Below, one piece after another: positions 8,233 to 16,690 of a stretch of 30,346 bases of DNA. A program made the position numbers and the translations under genes. The DNA is taken from positions 1 to 30,346 of the forward strand of contig JAOTWM010000012.1 of NCBI GenBank assembly GCA_029862885.1, read 5' to 3'. This DNA comes from Gammaproteobacteria bacterium. Its GTDB lineage: Bacteria; Pseudomonadota; Gammaproteobacteria; Arenicellales; JAOTWM01. The first letter of the stretch is position 1, and the number at the start of each line of letters is the position of its first letter. A model generated the notes under the pieces. That model did no database searches. It was given only the letters and a program-made list of their open reading frames with translations, and was not told the origin of the DNA.

Positions 8233-9555
8233 ATGACTCCCGAGACTCATTTCGCTGAAAACGATGGCGTCAGCATCGCGTATCAAGTTTTCGGTGACGG
8301 CTCACAGGACCTGATATTCATACCGGGATGGTTATCGAATCTTGACATATTGTGGGAAGAGCCGAGGGTGGCTCGTTTCCTTCTGTCACTGGCGCGAATT
8401 TTTAGGGTTACTGTTATTGATAGACGCGGAACTGGGCTTTCCGATCGTGTCGCGCCCCCGACTCTAGAAGTTCAGATGGGCGATGTGACGGCGGTGATGG
8501 ATGCCGCAGGTTCCGAACGCGCAGCATTTCTCGGTAATTCCGAAGGCGGGAGTATGTGTGCGTTGTTCGCGGCGACCCATCCGGATCGAACAACGGCTCT
8601 AATTACGGTTGGTGGATATGCTAAATGGATAAAGTCTGACGATTATCCGTATGGAACGAAACCGAGTGAAGCTGAGCAGTGGTTTGAACAAGTTGAAAAC
8701 GAGTGGGGTGGTCCCATCGCAATCGACTTTATCTCACCGAGTTTGGCAAACGATGAAAAACACCGACACTGGTTGGCTAAATTTTACCGATCGAGTGCAA
8801 GCAAGGCGAACGCCATTGCAATGCTAAGAATGGGTGCGGATATTGACCTTCGAGCAATATTGCCGACCATCAATGTTCCAAGCTTGGTGCTTCAAGCCAA
8901 AGCCGACCTTACCAACTCATTGGATTCGGGTCGCGACCTCGCAAGCCGAATCCCAAATGCGAAACTTGTCGAAATGGAATGCAGAGATCACGTGCTATGG
9001 GGGGACTGCAGTGAAGTGATTATTGGTGAGATACAGAACTTTCTCGGCGAAAAACAGACGATTTCGGTCACTGATCGAGCATTAGCCACCGTATTGTTCA
9101 CTGACATAGTCGATTCAACACAACTTGCGAACGATTTGGGCGATGAAAAATGGAGCGATCTACTTGAGGGACATAATGAAGCGGTCAGAAGGCAGCTTGA
9201 AATATTCCGTGGCAACGAGGTAAAGACTACCGGTGACGGCTTTCATGCAACATTTGACGGGCCCGCTCGAGCAATCCAATGTGCAGCCTCGATACGAGAA
9301 GCGACACGTCAATTAGGTTTAAGTCTCCGAATTGGCATACATACTGGAGAATGTGAGATTCGTGGAGAATCACTTGAGGGGGTGGCGATTCACTTGGCGG
9401 CACGTGTATCAGGGATGGCTTCTGCCGGGGAAATTGTTGTGTCAAGAACAGTTAAGGACCTTGTTGCTGGGTCAGGAATTGAGTTTGAAGACTTTGGTGT
9501 TCATGCCCTTAAGGGAATCTCTGGTGAACAACAACTATTCAAGGTGGTGGCGTAG
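8233..9555 (+). CDS. Alpha/beta-hydrolase-fold domain fused to a class III adenylate/guanylate cyclase catalytic domain (LipJ/Rv1900c-type architecture).
   Basis: N-terminal half resembles alpha/beta hydrolases. C-terminal VLFTDIVDSTQLANDLGD...TTGDGFHATF...RIGIHTGE are cyclase CHD motifs. The start codon is uncertain; the frame is open back to 8011. Confidence 0.75.
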   Translation: MTPETHFAENDGVSIAYQVFGDGSQDLIFIPGWLSNLDILWEEPRVARFLLSLARIFRVTVIDRRGTGLSDRVAPPTLEVQMGDVTAVMDAAGSERAAFLGNSEGGSMCALFAATHPDRTTALITVGGYAKWIKSDDYPYGTKPSEAEQWFEQVENEWGGPIAIDFISPSLANDEKHRHWLAKFYRSSASKANAIAMLRMGADIDLRAILPTINVPSLVLQAKADLTNSLDSGRDLASRIPNAKLVEMECRDHVLWGDCSEVIIGEIQNFLGEKQTISVTDRALATVLFTDIVDSTQLANDLGDEKWSDLLEGHNEAVRRQLEIFRGNEVKTTGDGFHATFDGPARAIQCAASIREATRQLGLSLRIGIHTGECEIRGESLEGVAIHLAARVSGMASAGEIVVSRTVKDLVAGSGIEFEDFGVHALKGISGEQQLFKVVA

Positions 9556-9639
9556 TCCTCTATCGCAGAGATATGTCTGCTATTCCGACTCCGGGACTTA
9601 CTGAATTCACGTTGCGGTGCTAGATACACATACGCGACA

Positions 9640-10320
9640 ATGGCAACAATAAGACCCATGATCAAGGTTATCACCAACAAATACGCGTCCTCACCCTACA
9701 GTCGGAAAGGCATCATTGTGCTGGAGGAGAAGGGCCTACCCTATGAGCAGGAAAACATCGACCCGGATTTCCTGCCGGACGGGTTCGAGTCGATGAACCC
9801 CAACCTGCGGGCGTCCTTGTTGATCGATCAGGGCCAGATGATATTTGAGTCGGACAACATCGTAGACTATCTCTTGCGGACGTATCCGGGGGAGCGGTCA
9901 GCGGATGCGCCGGACCCGCCCCTGACCGAAACCATGACACGCCCGGATCACCACATCCACGATTCTATGATCCTGGTTACGATTGAAACTGTCCTGAATA
10001 GCGCGAATAACATATCATTTTTTGCCACTGGCGGAATCGACCCCGCGAAGATCGAGCCCTATGGGTGGATATGGGAACGGGACAAGGTCCGCATCGATTC
10101 CTGCATGACTTGGCTGGACCAGCCAGCAATACCCGAGGGATTTGCTCCTGGAGTTTTTTCCATCATGGATCTAAAAATGATGTGCGCGTTCCGGTGTTTA
10201 ACCCGATGCGCGAATGATGACTGGAACCCCGACTGGAGCAAATATCGAAATCTCGATTCGATTTATGCGTTTTATCGGGACCGACCCTCCATTGTGAAAA
10301 CTGACCCTGGGCTAGGATAG
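9640..10320 (+). CDS. GST N-terminal-domain (thioredoxin-like) family protein
   Basis: SPYSRKG...NPNLRASLLIDQGQMIFESDNIVDYL fits the GST_N fold. The C-terminal half is atypical. An alternative start lies at 9658. Confidence 0.6.
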   Translation: MATIRPMIKVITNKYASSPYSRKGIIVLEEKGLPYEQENIDPDFLPDGFESMNPNLRASLLIDQGQMIFESDNIVDYLLRTYPGERSADAPDPPLTETMTRPDHHIHDSMILVTIETVLNSANNISFFATGGIDPAKIEPYGWIWERDKVRIDSCMTWLDQPAIPEGFAPGVFSIMDLKMMCAFRCLTRCANDDWNPDWSKYRNLDSIYAFYRDRPSIVKTDPGLG

Positions 10321-10422
10321 TTCTGCCAGAGGGTGCGGCGGTAGTTATCGGAACACGGACATCAAGCGACTTTGGCGGGAAATGGCGATTTAAAAACCAG
10401 GGCCAATGTCCGCAACGAGTAG

Positions 10423-10589
10423 AGACTGTGTGAAAACACAAAAAATAATGAGGCTGTTGGGACAGTGCTGCTTAATCTTCATCCGCGGAGACAACTTTTG
10501 CAGTTGAAGCTCCACTTATAACGTTAGAATTTAACAAGCGTGATCGTTATCCCCACCAACAATTTTGATCCTGCGTTTTCACACAGTCT
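10423..10589. mobile_element. MITE-like element copy 1 (167 bp) with terminal inverted repeat AGACTGTGTGAAAAC and a possible GAGTA target-site duplication.
   Basis: IRs at 10423-10437 and 10575-10589. A diverged second copy with the same IRs lies at 14274-14439. Confidence 0.6.
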
Positions 10590-10725
10590 GAGTATGAAGC
10601 GGAAGTTTTCCATGATAACTCAATTGGCCGCTTTTGGGGTTTTGAGACCCTCGCGAAGGTCAAAGTTAGGGTGCTATCGGGTGCCATGCTTCGTCAGAAA
10701 ACTCCGGGGTTTCGCGCGGTGGGAA

Positions 10726-10880
10726 TCACGGCATCGGTCTGAAAAAACAGTCGTTGGCGAGAGGGGTTGGCCATATATAGGTTATAAGATCTGGAGACCT
10801 CACGGATCGACGCAACCCCCCCCCCGGTCGCAGTGCTGTAGCATGGGACCCAATTGTATTTACGCCAAGCTCAAGAACGC
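10726..10880 (+). promoter_or_regulatory. Conserved ~140-nt element, copy B. It is an orphan; no + strand gene follows within 500 bp.
   Basis: Aligns with copy A (7290-7442) over its whole length, including about 12 nt beyond the cgccaa stem. Confidence 0.45.
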
Positions 10881-11403
10881 AGAAGCAGCGACGCAGCTCA
10901 AATTAGGCCGAACTCCGCCTGTCGCGACATCGCTTTTCTAGCCCGAATAATTCATGAAAGCATCTGATTTCAGGGGAAATCGGGCCAAGTAGTCGGTGCG
11001 ATCGTTTGTCCGATTTATAGCCGCAGCTATGGATCAAGGGGGATCGTGCCAAATATGACGCCCGATTTTTCTGAGTCCGAACAGGACATACCATATGCAG
11101 GCCCCGTGTCTTAACACACACGGTAACCGGTTCAAATATTGAAAAGAGTCCTGGTCCATCGTCGGCCTTGGTGAAATATCCGGGCTAGTCAACATATCAT
11201 TGCCGGGAATTTGATTTACTTTAATTGTACGTGTCGCGAACGGGACATTGAGGTCATGCAGTGCCGGACGCTCAGGTTGCCGAACCACGGTTCCAGCAAT
11301 ACCGCTTGCGTTAAGAAATGGAACAAATCACCATTAATACGATCTCATGCATAGAGTTCATACGAAGTATCATTCCACGGCTTAACGATCAGAAAACACG
11401 ACC

Positions 11404-12057
11404 ATGACCAAATCAACAATCAACCGGTTGCGCAGGAAACTGTTGACCCTAGTCGGCATAGTGGGTGTAGCCCCCCATTTGGCGTGGGCTGAAACACTGT
11501 TGCCGACACCACGACAATCGACTGGCCCTTTCTACCCCGAGCAACTGCCGTTGGACGACGACAACGACCTCACGCGAGTGGCAGGTCGAAACGGTTTGGC
11601 GAAGGGACAGAATACGGACCTGTCAGGTCGGATAGTAGACACAAACGGGCACCCCGTGACCGGCGTACGCATCGAAATATGGCAGTGCGATGCCAACGGT
11701 CGCTACCACCACCCGCGCGACAATCGGCAAGTGGTCCTGGATGACAATTTCCAAGGGCACGGCCACACCATCACCGACGCCGAAGGAAACTACCGATTCC
11801 GCACCATCCTGCCGGTTCAGTACCCTGGCCGCACGCCCCACATACACACAGCAGTGTTTCCGCTGGGGCATGACCCCTTAGTTACGCAGATCTACATCAA
11901 AGACGAACCGCGCAACGCCCAGGATTTTCTGTTCAATAGAATCCCCGTGGAGCGACGGCCGCTGGTCATGGCCGAATTTAAACCTACTAGCGGTGGGGAT
12001 ACTGAGTTCGTTGCCCATTTCAACCTGGTGATCGGTGCCACTCCGCAGCAGGCGTAA
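11404..12057 (+). CDS. Intradiol ring-cleavage dioxygenase-family protein with an N-terminal Tat/Sec-type signal
   Basis: RLRRKLLTLVGIVGV...AWA signal. Core GRIVD..G.PV.G..IEIWQCDA.GRY...YRFRTI.P..YPGR..HIH motifs, including the Tyr/His iron ligands. Confidence 0.75.
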   Translation: MTKSTINRLRRKLLTLVGIVGVAPHLAWAETLLPTPRQSTGPFYPEQLPLDDDNDLTRVAGRNGLAKGQNTDLSGRIVDTNGHPVTGVRIEIWQCDANGRYHHPRDNRQVVLDDNFQGHGHTITDAEGNYRFRTILPVQYPGRTPHIHTAVFPLGHDPLVTQIYIKDEPRNAQDFLFNRIPVERRPLVMAEFKPTSGGDTEFVAHFNLVIGATPQQA

Positions 12058-12292
12058 TCGTAATCTGGATCAGACTTCCGCTTTACCGTTAAAAGCAGCC
12101 GCTCCTCGGTTCTCTATATACAAGAGTCGCGAGGGGCCGCGTTCGACCCCAAGCAGTCATCTATCGTTTTACGATCTTAGTCCGTTCATTGCCCTGACCT
12201 GCCGTTCAGATAATCTCCCACGAGGGCAGTTCTCGGCCACAAGCGGACGTCGAATTGATTATGATATTCAGGACCGGCTATTCCTGCCGAGC

Positions 12293-12547
12293 CTATTCGT
12301 GCGTGTTCTGGAATCGTTTTCCGATATTACGCATGAAGTTGACCATCATCAGCATGGCGACCCCCATTACGATAAGGGTGATCGCTACAAGCCATACCAG
12401 GATCTGTGGATAAATAATGATGGTCACACCTAAGATAATGAAGACAACTCCGGGAATAATCATCCAGAACCTGGAGCCCGGCTTCTTTATCATTCCCTTG
12501 CATGTCTCTGCCATCGGGCACGTCGGCATTGGTACTGTCTCTGCCAT
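12293..12547 (-). CDS. Small two-TM membrane protein with an N-terminal CPMAETC motif
   Basis: GAAGGAG Shine-Dalgarno 6 nt upstream. Two hydrophobic helices. It is the last gene of the sigma-GST-AhpD operon. Confidence 0.65.
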   Translation of the reverse strand: MAETVPMPTCPMAETCKGMIKKPGSRFWMIIPGVVFIILGVTIIIYPQILVWLVAITLIVMGVAMLMMVNFMRNIGKRFQNTHE

Positions 12548-12593
12548 TGTTTTCTCCTTCTACTTTGAGGATCTCACTTGATTTCGCTGAGGT

Positions 12594-12815
12594 TTATTTC
12601 TCTATCGCGGTCTCGCCCAGAAGCTCGCGTGCTTTTTTGCGGATGGCGTTTTCGGCGCCACGGTTCACCATCAAACCCACCTTGACCGCTGCAGCAACCT
12701 CCTCGCGGTCAATTCCCAGCTCGTCGCACTTGGCGAGGTGGTGATCCATGCACGGATGGCAGTTCGCCGCTGCCGAAGCCCCCATGGCCACAAGCTCTTT
12801 CATATGTTCATTCAC
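12594..12815 (-). CDS. Carboxymuconolactone decarboxylase / AhpD-like family protein (CxxCxxxH)
   Basis: ANCHPCMDHH matches the AhpD C-x-x-C-x3-H active-site spacing. GTG start at 12815 with GAGGAG 7 nt upstream; the tracker's TTG at 12830 lies inside the Shine-Dalgarno. Confidence 0.65.
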   Translation of the reverse strand: MNEHMKELVAMGASAAANCHPCMDHHLAKCDELGIDREEVAAAVKVGLMVNRGAENAIRKKARELLGETAIEK

Positions 12816-12869
12816 TTTTGTTCTCCTCAATGATTGTCCGATTCAAACTTTGCTTAGTTCACACACTCT

Positions 12870-13583
12870 TTAACAGCAAGCGCAAGCGACCGATCGCTCG
12901 GTCGGACCGCAGCACGCCTGTCGAGCTTGGCCTTGCTCCGGGTGACCCAGGTAGGTCTCGTCGGACAGGTAGAAGTTGGTGAACTTCTCCACAAAATCTT
13001 CTGCGACGGATTTCTTCGGCAGACCTGTGGCGAGTACATTCTGCTGCCACGCTTTGACCTTCGGGAACTCGGCCAAGAAGTCATAACCAGAGTGCTGCTG
13101 AATGATGGCCGCACGGTGCAGCAACGGCAACCATGCAATATCAACCATGCCAACCTTATCCCCCCTGAAGAATCGACCGTCACTCAGTCTCTTTTCGGCG
13201 GTTGCGAATGCCTCATTCAGCTTGGCGCTGCGCTCCACAAACGTGACTTGATCGGGGCTCCTCTGCGTCGAGCACTGGACAAGGTAGTTCTTTGTGGCCA
13301 GGTATGACCACGCCCGCTCTCGAGCCTTCTCGACGGGATCAGCAGGGAACAGCGGATCTCCGGCAGTCTCCTCGATGTACTCTACGATGGCATCGGATTC
13401 GTGAAGCGCGCGACCATCGTCGGTTATCAGGACCGGTACCTGGCCCAGCGGTGATATCTCAAGGAACCAATCGGGCTTGTCGCTGATATCGATATCCTCG
13501 ACCTCGTAGGGGACGTTCTTGGCCTCAAGCAGGGCCGTGATCCGCTGGACGAAAGGGCAAATTCCAGAGCTGACGATTTTCAT
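12870..13583 (-). CDS. Glutathione S-transferase (CPF, Grx-like type) with a Cys-rich C-terminal tail ...QACCGPTERSVACACC
   Basis: AGGAG Shine-Dalgarno 7 nt upstream. N-terminal ICPFVQR...GQVPVL...ESDAIVEYI GST_N fold. Six cysteines lie in the last 16 residues. Confidence 0.8.
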   Translation of the reverse strand: MKIVSSGICPFVQRITALLEAKNVPYEVEDIDISDKPDWFLEISPLGQVPVLITDDGRALHESDAIVEYIEETAGDPLFPADPVEKARERAWSYLATKNYLVQCSTQRSPDQVTFVERSAKLNEAFATAEKRLSDGRFFRGDKVGMVDIAWLPLLHRAAIIQQHSGYDFLAEFPKVKAWQQNVLATGLPKKSVAEDFVEKFTNFYLSDETYLGHPEQGQARQACCGPTERSVACACC

Positions 13584-13646
13584 TCGGGATCTCCTGTTAG
13601 TCTCTACTAAGGGAGACGCGAGATACCTGAAAAAGACGCAGACTCG

Positions 13647-14204
13647 TCAGCAGCAGTCGTCGTCCTTGAGTTCGTAGGCGCTCAGGTTGCCCCTCGCATC
13701 AATCTCCAGGGCACAACACCTCTGATAGAGCTCTCTAAGCATTGCCCGACCCCGCTGGACGCGGGACTTCGCTGCTGAGTGACTTAATCCCAGTCTATCC
13801 GCCAATTCTGTCTGCGGCACATCATCAAGATCGACGGCCTGCACGGCGTCCCGGTACTTCTCGGGGAGCTGCGAAATGAAGGGCCGGATACAGTTACCCA
13901 GCTCCTGTCGGACCTCCTCGTATGCTTCCACATCGTCCTCGGGGGCCAGCAGGATATCGGGTAATGATGCCTCCGGTCGCGCTCGACGGTAGTAGTCATT
14001 CAGGGTGTTCCGGGCCACTTGGTATAACCAGGGACGGAACTTCGATGGCTCCCGAACATCGTTGATGTGCTGGTGGGACTTGATCAACACCTCCTGAACC
14101 AGGTCATCAACATCCGCGCCACGCGGTAACCGGGCATTGAGGAACTGCTTGATCCCTTGCCCGTATTCCGACCATATCGTTGCGACATCAGTTGTTGAGC
14201 CCAT
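13647..14204 (-). CDS. ECF (sigma-70 family) sigma factor with a C-terminal Cys-rich extension (CC-x19-CC), CorE/ECF44-like
   Basis: Region 2 (DLVQEVLIKSHQ...FRPWLYQVARNTLNDYYRR) and region 4 (ELADRLGLSHSAAKSRVQRGRAMLRE) are present. Tail QRCCALEIDARGNLSAYELKDDDCC. The tracker's ORF extends to 14465 but would read through the MITE, so the ATG at 14204 is chosen. Confidence 0.8.
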   Translation of the reverse strand: MGSTTDVATIWSEYGQGIKQFLNARLPRGADVDDLVQEVLIKSHQHINDVREPSKFRPWLYQVARNTLNDYYRRARPEASLPDILLAPEDDVEAYEEVRQELGNCIRPFISQLPEKYRDAVQAVDLDDVPQTELADRLGLSHSAAKSRVQRGRAMLRELYQRCCALEIDARGNLSAYELKDDDCC

Positions 14205-14273
14205 AATCCAATTTTCATCCCGCATGCATCTTGCTGTAAAGCGAGAAATCGGGTGCGGTAAACGTCCGCTCTG

Positions 14274-14439
14274 GGTCCAGACTGTGTGAAAACTCAGAAT
14301 TGGAAAAAACATTTGGGACAGCACAACAATATTAGTCATTAACCCTTTGGTTCTAGTTTCTCTGCCCCACAACTGCCTTATATAACTCGAAAAATGGGAT
14401 AGCGTGACATCATAAATAGTTTTCACACAGCCTGGGTCG
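14274..14439. mobile_element. MITE-like element copy 2 (about 166 bp), same IR family as 10423-10589. It is inserted 70 bp upstream of the ECF sigma factor start.
   Basis: IRs cagactgtgtgaaaac (14278-14293) and gttttcacacagcctg (14420-14435). Internal blocks ttgggacag and cttata.aac...agcgtga are shared with copy 1. Confidence 0.6.
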
Positions 14440-14825
14440 GTAGCCGCCTTGTACCACAGTGGCATGAATGACGGCTTCGAGTATATTGCAGCCCGTTACA
14501 ATCTCACAGCGAATGACTGCTAAGGAAAAAGAAGACGATCACGCGTTATGAAAAAAGGCCCGCTTCTTGCCCATAGCGGAAGAAACGCTGCGGTGCGGCG
14601 AACGGCTCTTCTCGGCTGCGGTTTCAACCGGTCGATGCAACACATTGGTTAAATTGTTCGCATTGGAGAAGCAGACATTTTGAGGGCGCATGAATTTGCC
14701 TCCCTGATGCTAACCGGGCATTTCTAAATTCCAGACCTGACCCATTAAGCCACAATCACATTAAGCTGAACGAAATCCTTTTCCTTACCCGTTGTGAATA
14801 AAGCGAGTTATTTGGAGTTCTTTGA

Positions 14826-15134
14826 TCAACCAGGCCAGTCCGAAAAAGGGAACGGTTTTTCGTTAGAATTAAATGTCATGAACTGGAGAATCTCGTAGAT
14901 ATACTTATTCAACCCGGCAGTGAAATCCAACAACTTCTGGTTGGTTTCGTGAGTAATCAGTTTGAAACCAAATTGAACAATGACGATTACTCCCAATACA
15001 ACTTCTGCGACGCCATAAATAAAGATAAAGAGAAGCAGAAATAGCAGGCGAATCCATGTTTCTCGACGTGTGGGTGATTCGGGGGATGGTTCGGCGAGTT
15101 TTTTCTCCACCGCATCTGTAGATTCTTCAACCAT
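14826..15134 (-). CDS. DUF4389-like small membrane protein
   Basis: RLLFLLLFIFIYGVAEVVLGVIVIV...F..NEKPFPFSDWP resembles the DUF4389 pattern. GGAG sits 9 nt upstream of the ATG. Confidence 0.6.
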   Translation of the reverse strand: MVEESTDAVEKKLAEPSPESPTRRETWIRLLFLLLFIFIYGVAEVVLGVIVIVQFGFKLITHETNQKLLDFTAGLNKYIYEILQFMTFNSNEKPFPFSDWPG

Positions 15135-15529
15135 AGTGAGTACTCCAAATTTAGTAGCCGTAAGTGAGTACGTATACTGGGTTTACGAGCTGAAAATAAA
15201 GGTAGCCAGCGCCTTTAGTAGGTTAAATTTCAACGTCTACCGCTTGTATTGTACCATCTAAGCCGACGGACCGATTTCTAGACAATCGGTCTGTGATGGT
15301 AAATTGAGCACTCGAATGAGTACTATTTGCCCTCTATTGTTATTGGAGCAAGTTCACAGGAGGGCAGTTCTCGGCCATGTCCAGACATTCGCCACCAGTG
15401 ATATAGCTATTCCTTCGCTGCCCACAATTTTTCCGTCTGGCTAAGATTCTTGGATAAAACATGAACGCGATAGCAGTGACTCTGACTTTGTTTCTTTGGG
15501 TTATCACATTGCCTTGCTATGCGGGCGCC

Positions 15530-16468
15530 ATGACAACCGGAATTGTTTATCATCCTGATTATCTCTTGCACGATCCTGGAATGGGCCATCCAGAACGGCC
15601 TGCAAGGCTTGAAGCAATCATGTCGCGATTGAAGCGTCAGGGTCTACTCGATGTCCTTACCAATATAGCCCCAGAGCCCGCAGAAAAAAGATGGTTGCGC
15701 GAGGTACACACAGAAGAGTACTTGCAGCGATTAGAACAAGCGGCGTACCAGGCGCGAACGTATCTGGACCAGGATACCGTCCTTTCAAAAAATAGCTTCC
15801 TGGTGGCAAAGCTCGCAGCGGGCGGTGTGCTTAAGGCAGTGGATGCCATCATGACAGGAAGGATCGAAAATGCCTTTGTTGCCCTGCGCCCGCCTGGCCA
15901 TCATGCGTTCGCGAATCGTGGCTCGGGTTTTTGCCTGATTAATAACGTGGCGGTCGCGGTGCGGTATGTTCAGGAGGAGTACGGGCTAAAGCGGGTGCTT
16001 ATCGTCGATTGGGATGTGCACCACGGCAATGGCACGCAAGACATCTTCTATGCTGATCCTTCCGTGTTTTATTTCAGCACCCATCAGTGGCCGTACTATC
16101 CCGGCACCGGCGCTAGTACTGAGACCGGCTCTGGAGCGGGCATCGGTAAGACCCTGAACGTTCCTTTGCCGGTCGGATCAGATGATGCAGAGGTTATACA
16201 GGCTTATAGTGATAAGCTGGTTTCGGCCGCGGAGTCGTTTCGCCCCCAATTTGTTTTTATTTCCGCTGGTTTCGATGCGCATCGCGATGATCCTCTAGCT
16301 GGGTTAAAGCTCACTGAAGTCGGGTATCGAGAACTCACTCAGATTGTCAACGATATCGCGCAACGATTTGCTAATGGAAGACTCGTATCCGTGCTGGAAG
16401 GCGGTTATAACTTGGACGCTTTAGCGCGGTCGGTTGAGGCCCACGTAAGAGAGTTGGCTGGAATGTAA
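15530..16468 (+). CDS. Histone deacetylase / acetoin-utilization (AcuC) / acetylpolyamine amidohydrolase superfamily protein
   Basis: HPERPARLEAI, RPPGHHA, DWDVHHGNGTQDIF and EGGY motifs. The tracker's start at 15461 would add a hydrophobic 23-aa leader, so the start is uncertain. Confidence 0.8.
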   Translation: MTTGIVYHPDYLLHDPGMGHPERPARLEAIMSRLKRQGLLDVLTNIAPEPAEKRWLREVHTEEYLQRLEQAAYQARTYLDQDTVLSKNSFLVAKLAAGGVLKAVDAIMTGRIENAFVALRPPGHHAFANRGSGFCLINNVAVAVRYVQEEYGLKRVLIVDWDVHHGNGTQDIFYADPSVFYFSTHQWPYYPGTGASTETGSGAGIGKTLNVPLPVGSDDAEVIQAYSDKLVSAAESFRPQFVFISAGFDAHRDDPLAGLKLTEVGYRELTQIVNDIAQRFANGRLVSVLEGGYNLDALARSVEAHVRELAGM

Positions 16469-16615
16469 ATCATCTAGGCGTCAAGTCTACACTTCTACTT
16501 TTTAGGCTGTGACTGCTTCACTTTAAAAATAGCTGGTGTGTCTCTTAGTCAATACAGTCAGGTCGTCCTATATACTTTTACGCCATTCAGATTCAGCAGA
16601 AAGGAGTTGATATAC

Positions 16616-16690
16616 ATGTGGGGAAACCTTGGTAGTCCCACCGGAACCACGAAGTACTATCATCCGGAATCAGTCTTTACCATGCACTAA
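16616..16690 (+). CDS. Candidate 24-aa small ORF (MWGNLGSPTGTTKYYHPESVFTMH) with a strong Shine-Dalgarno, inside an AT-rich spacer
   Basis: AAAGGAG lies 9 nt upstream of the ATG. The ORF is isolated in a 510-bp low-GC non-coding gap between convergent genes. Confidence 0.25.
   Translation: MWGNLGSPTGTTKYYHPESVFTMH

Noticed and set aside
10540-10941. 133-aa + strand ORF spanning MITE copy 1 and element B
   Set aside because: It runs across two repeat elements, its translation is low-complexity (QPPPRSQCCS), and it has no RBS. Judged spurious.
10903-11288. 72- and 84-aa minus-strand ORFs between element B and the dioxygenase gene
   Set aside because: No RBS or recognisable motifs. They could be remnants of a decayed gene, but I cannot support a call.
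12816-12830. TTG start proposed by the ORF track for the AhpD-like gene
   Set aside because: That TTG lies inside the GAGGAG Shine-Dalgarno. The in-frame GTG at 12815, 7 nt after the Shine-Dalgarno, is the plausible initiator.
14205-14465. The 87-codon N-terminal extension of the ECF sigma factor ORF
   Set aside because: It would read through the MITE-like insert and has no sigma-factor similarity. Sigma region 2 begins right after the ATG at 14204.
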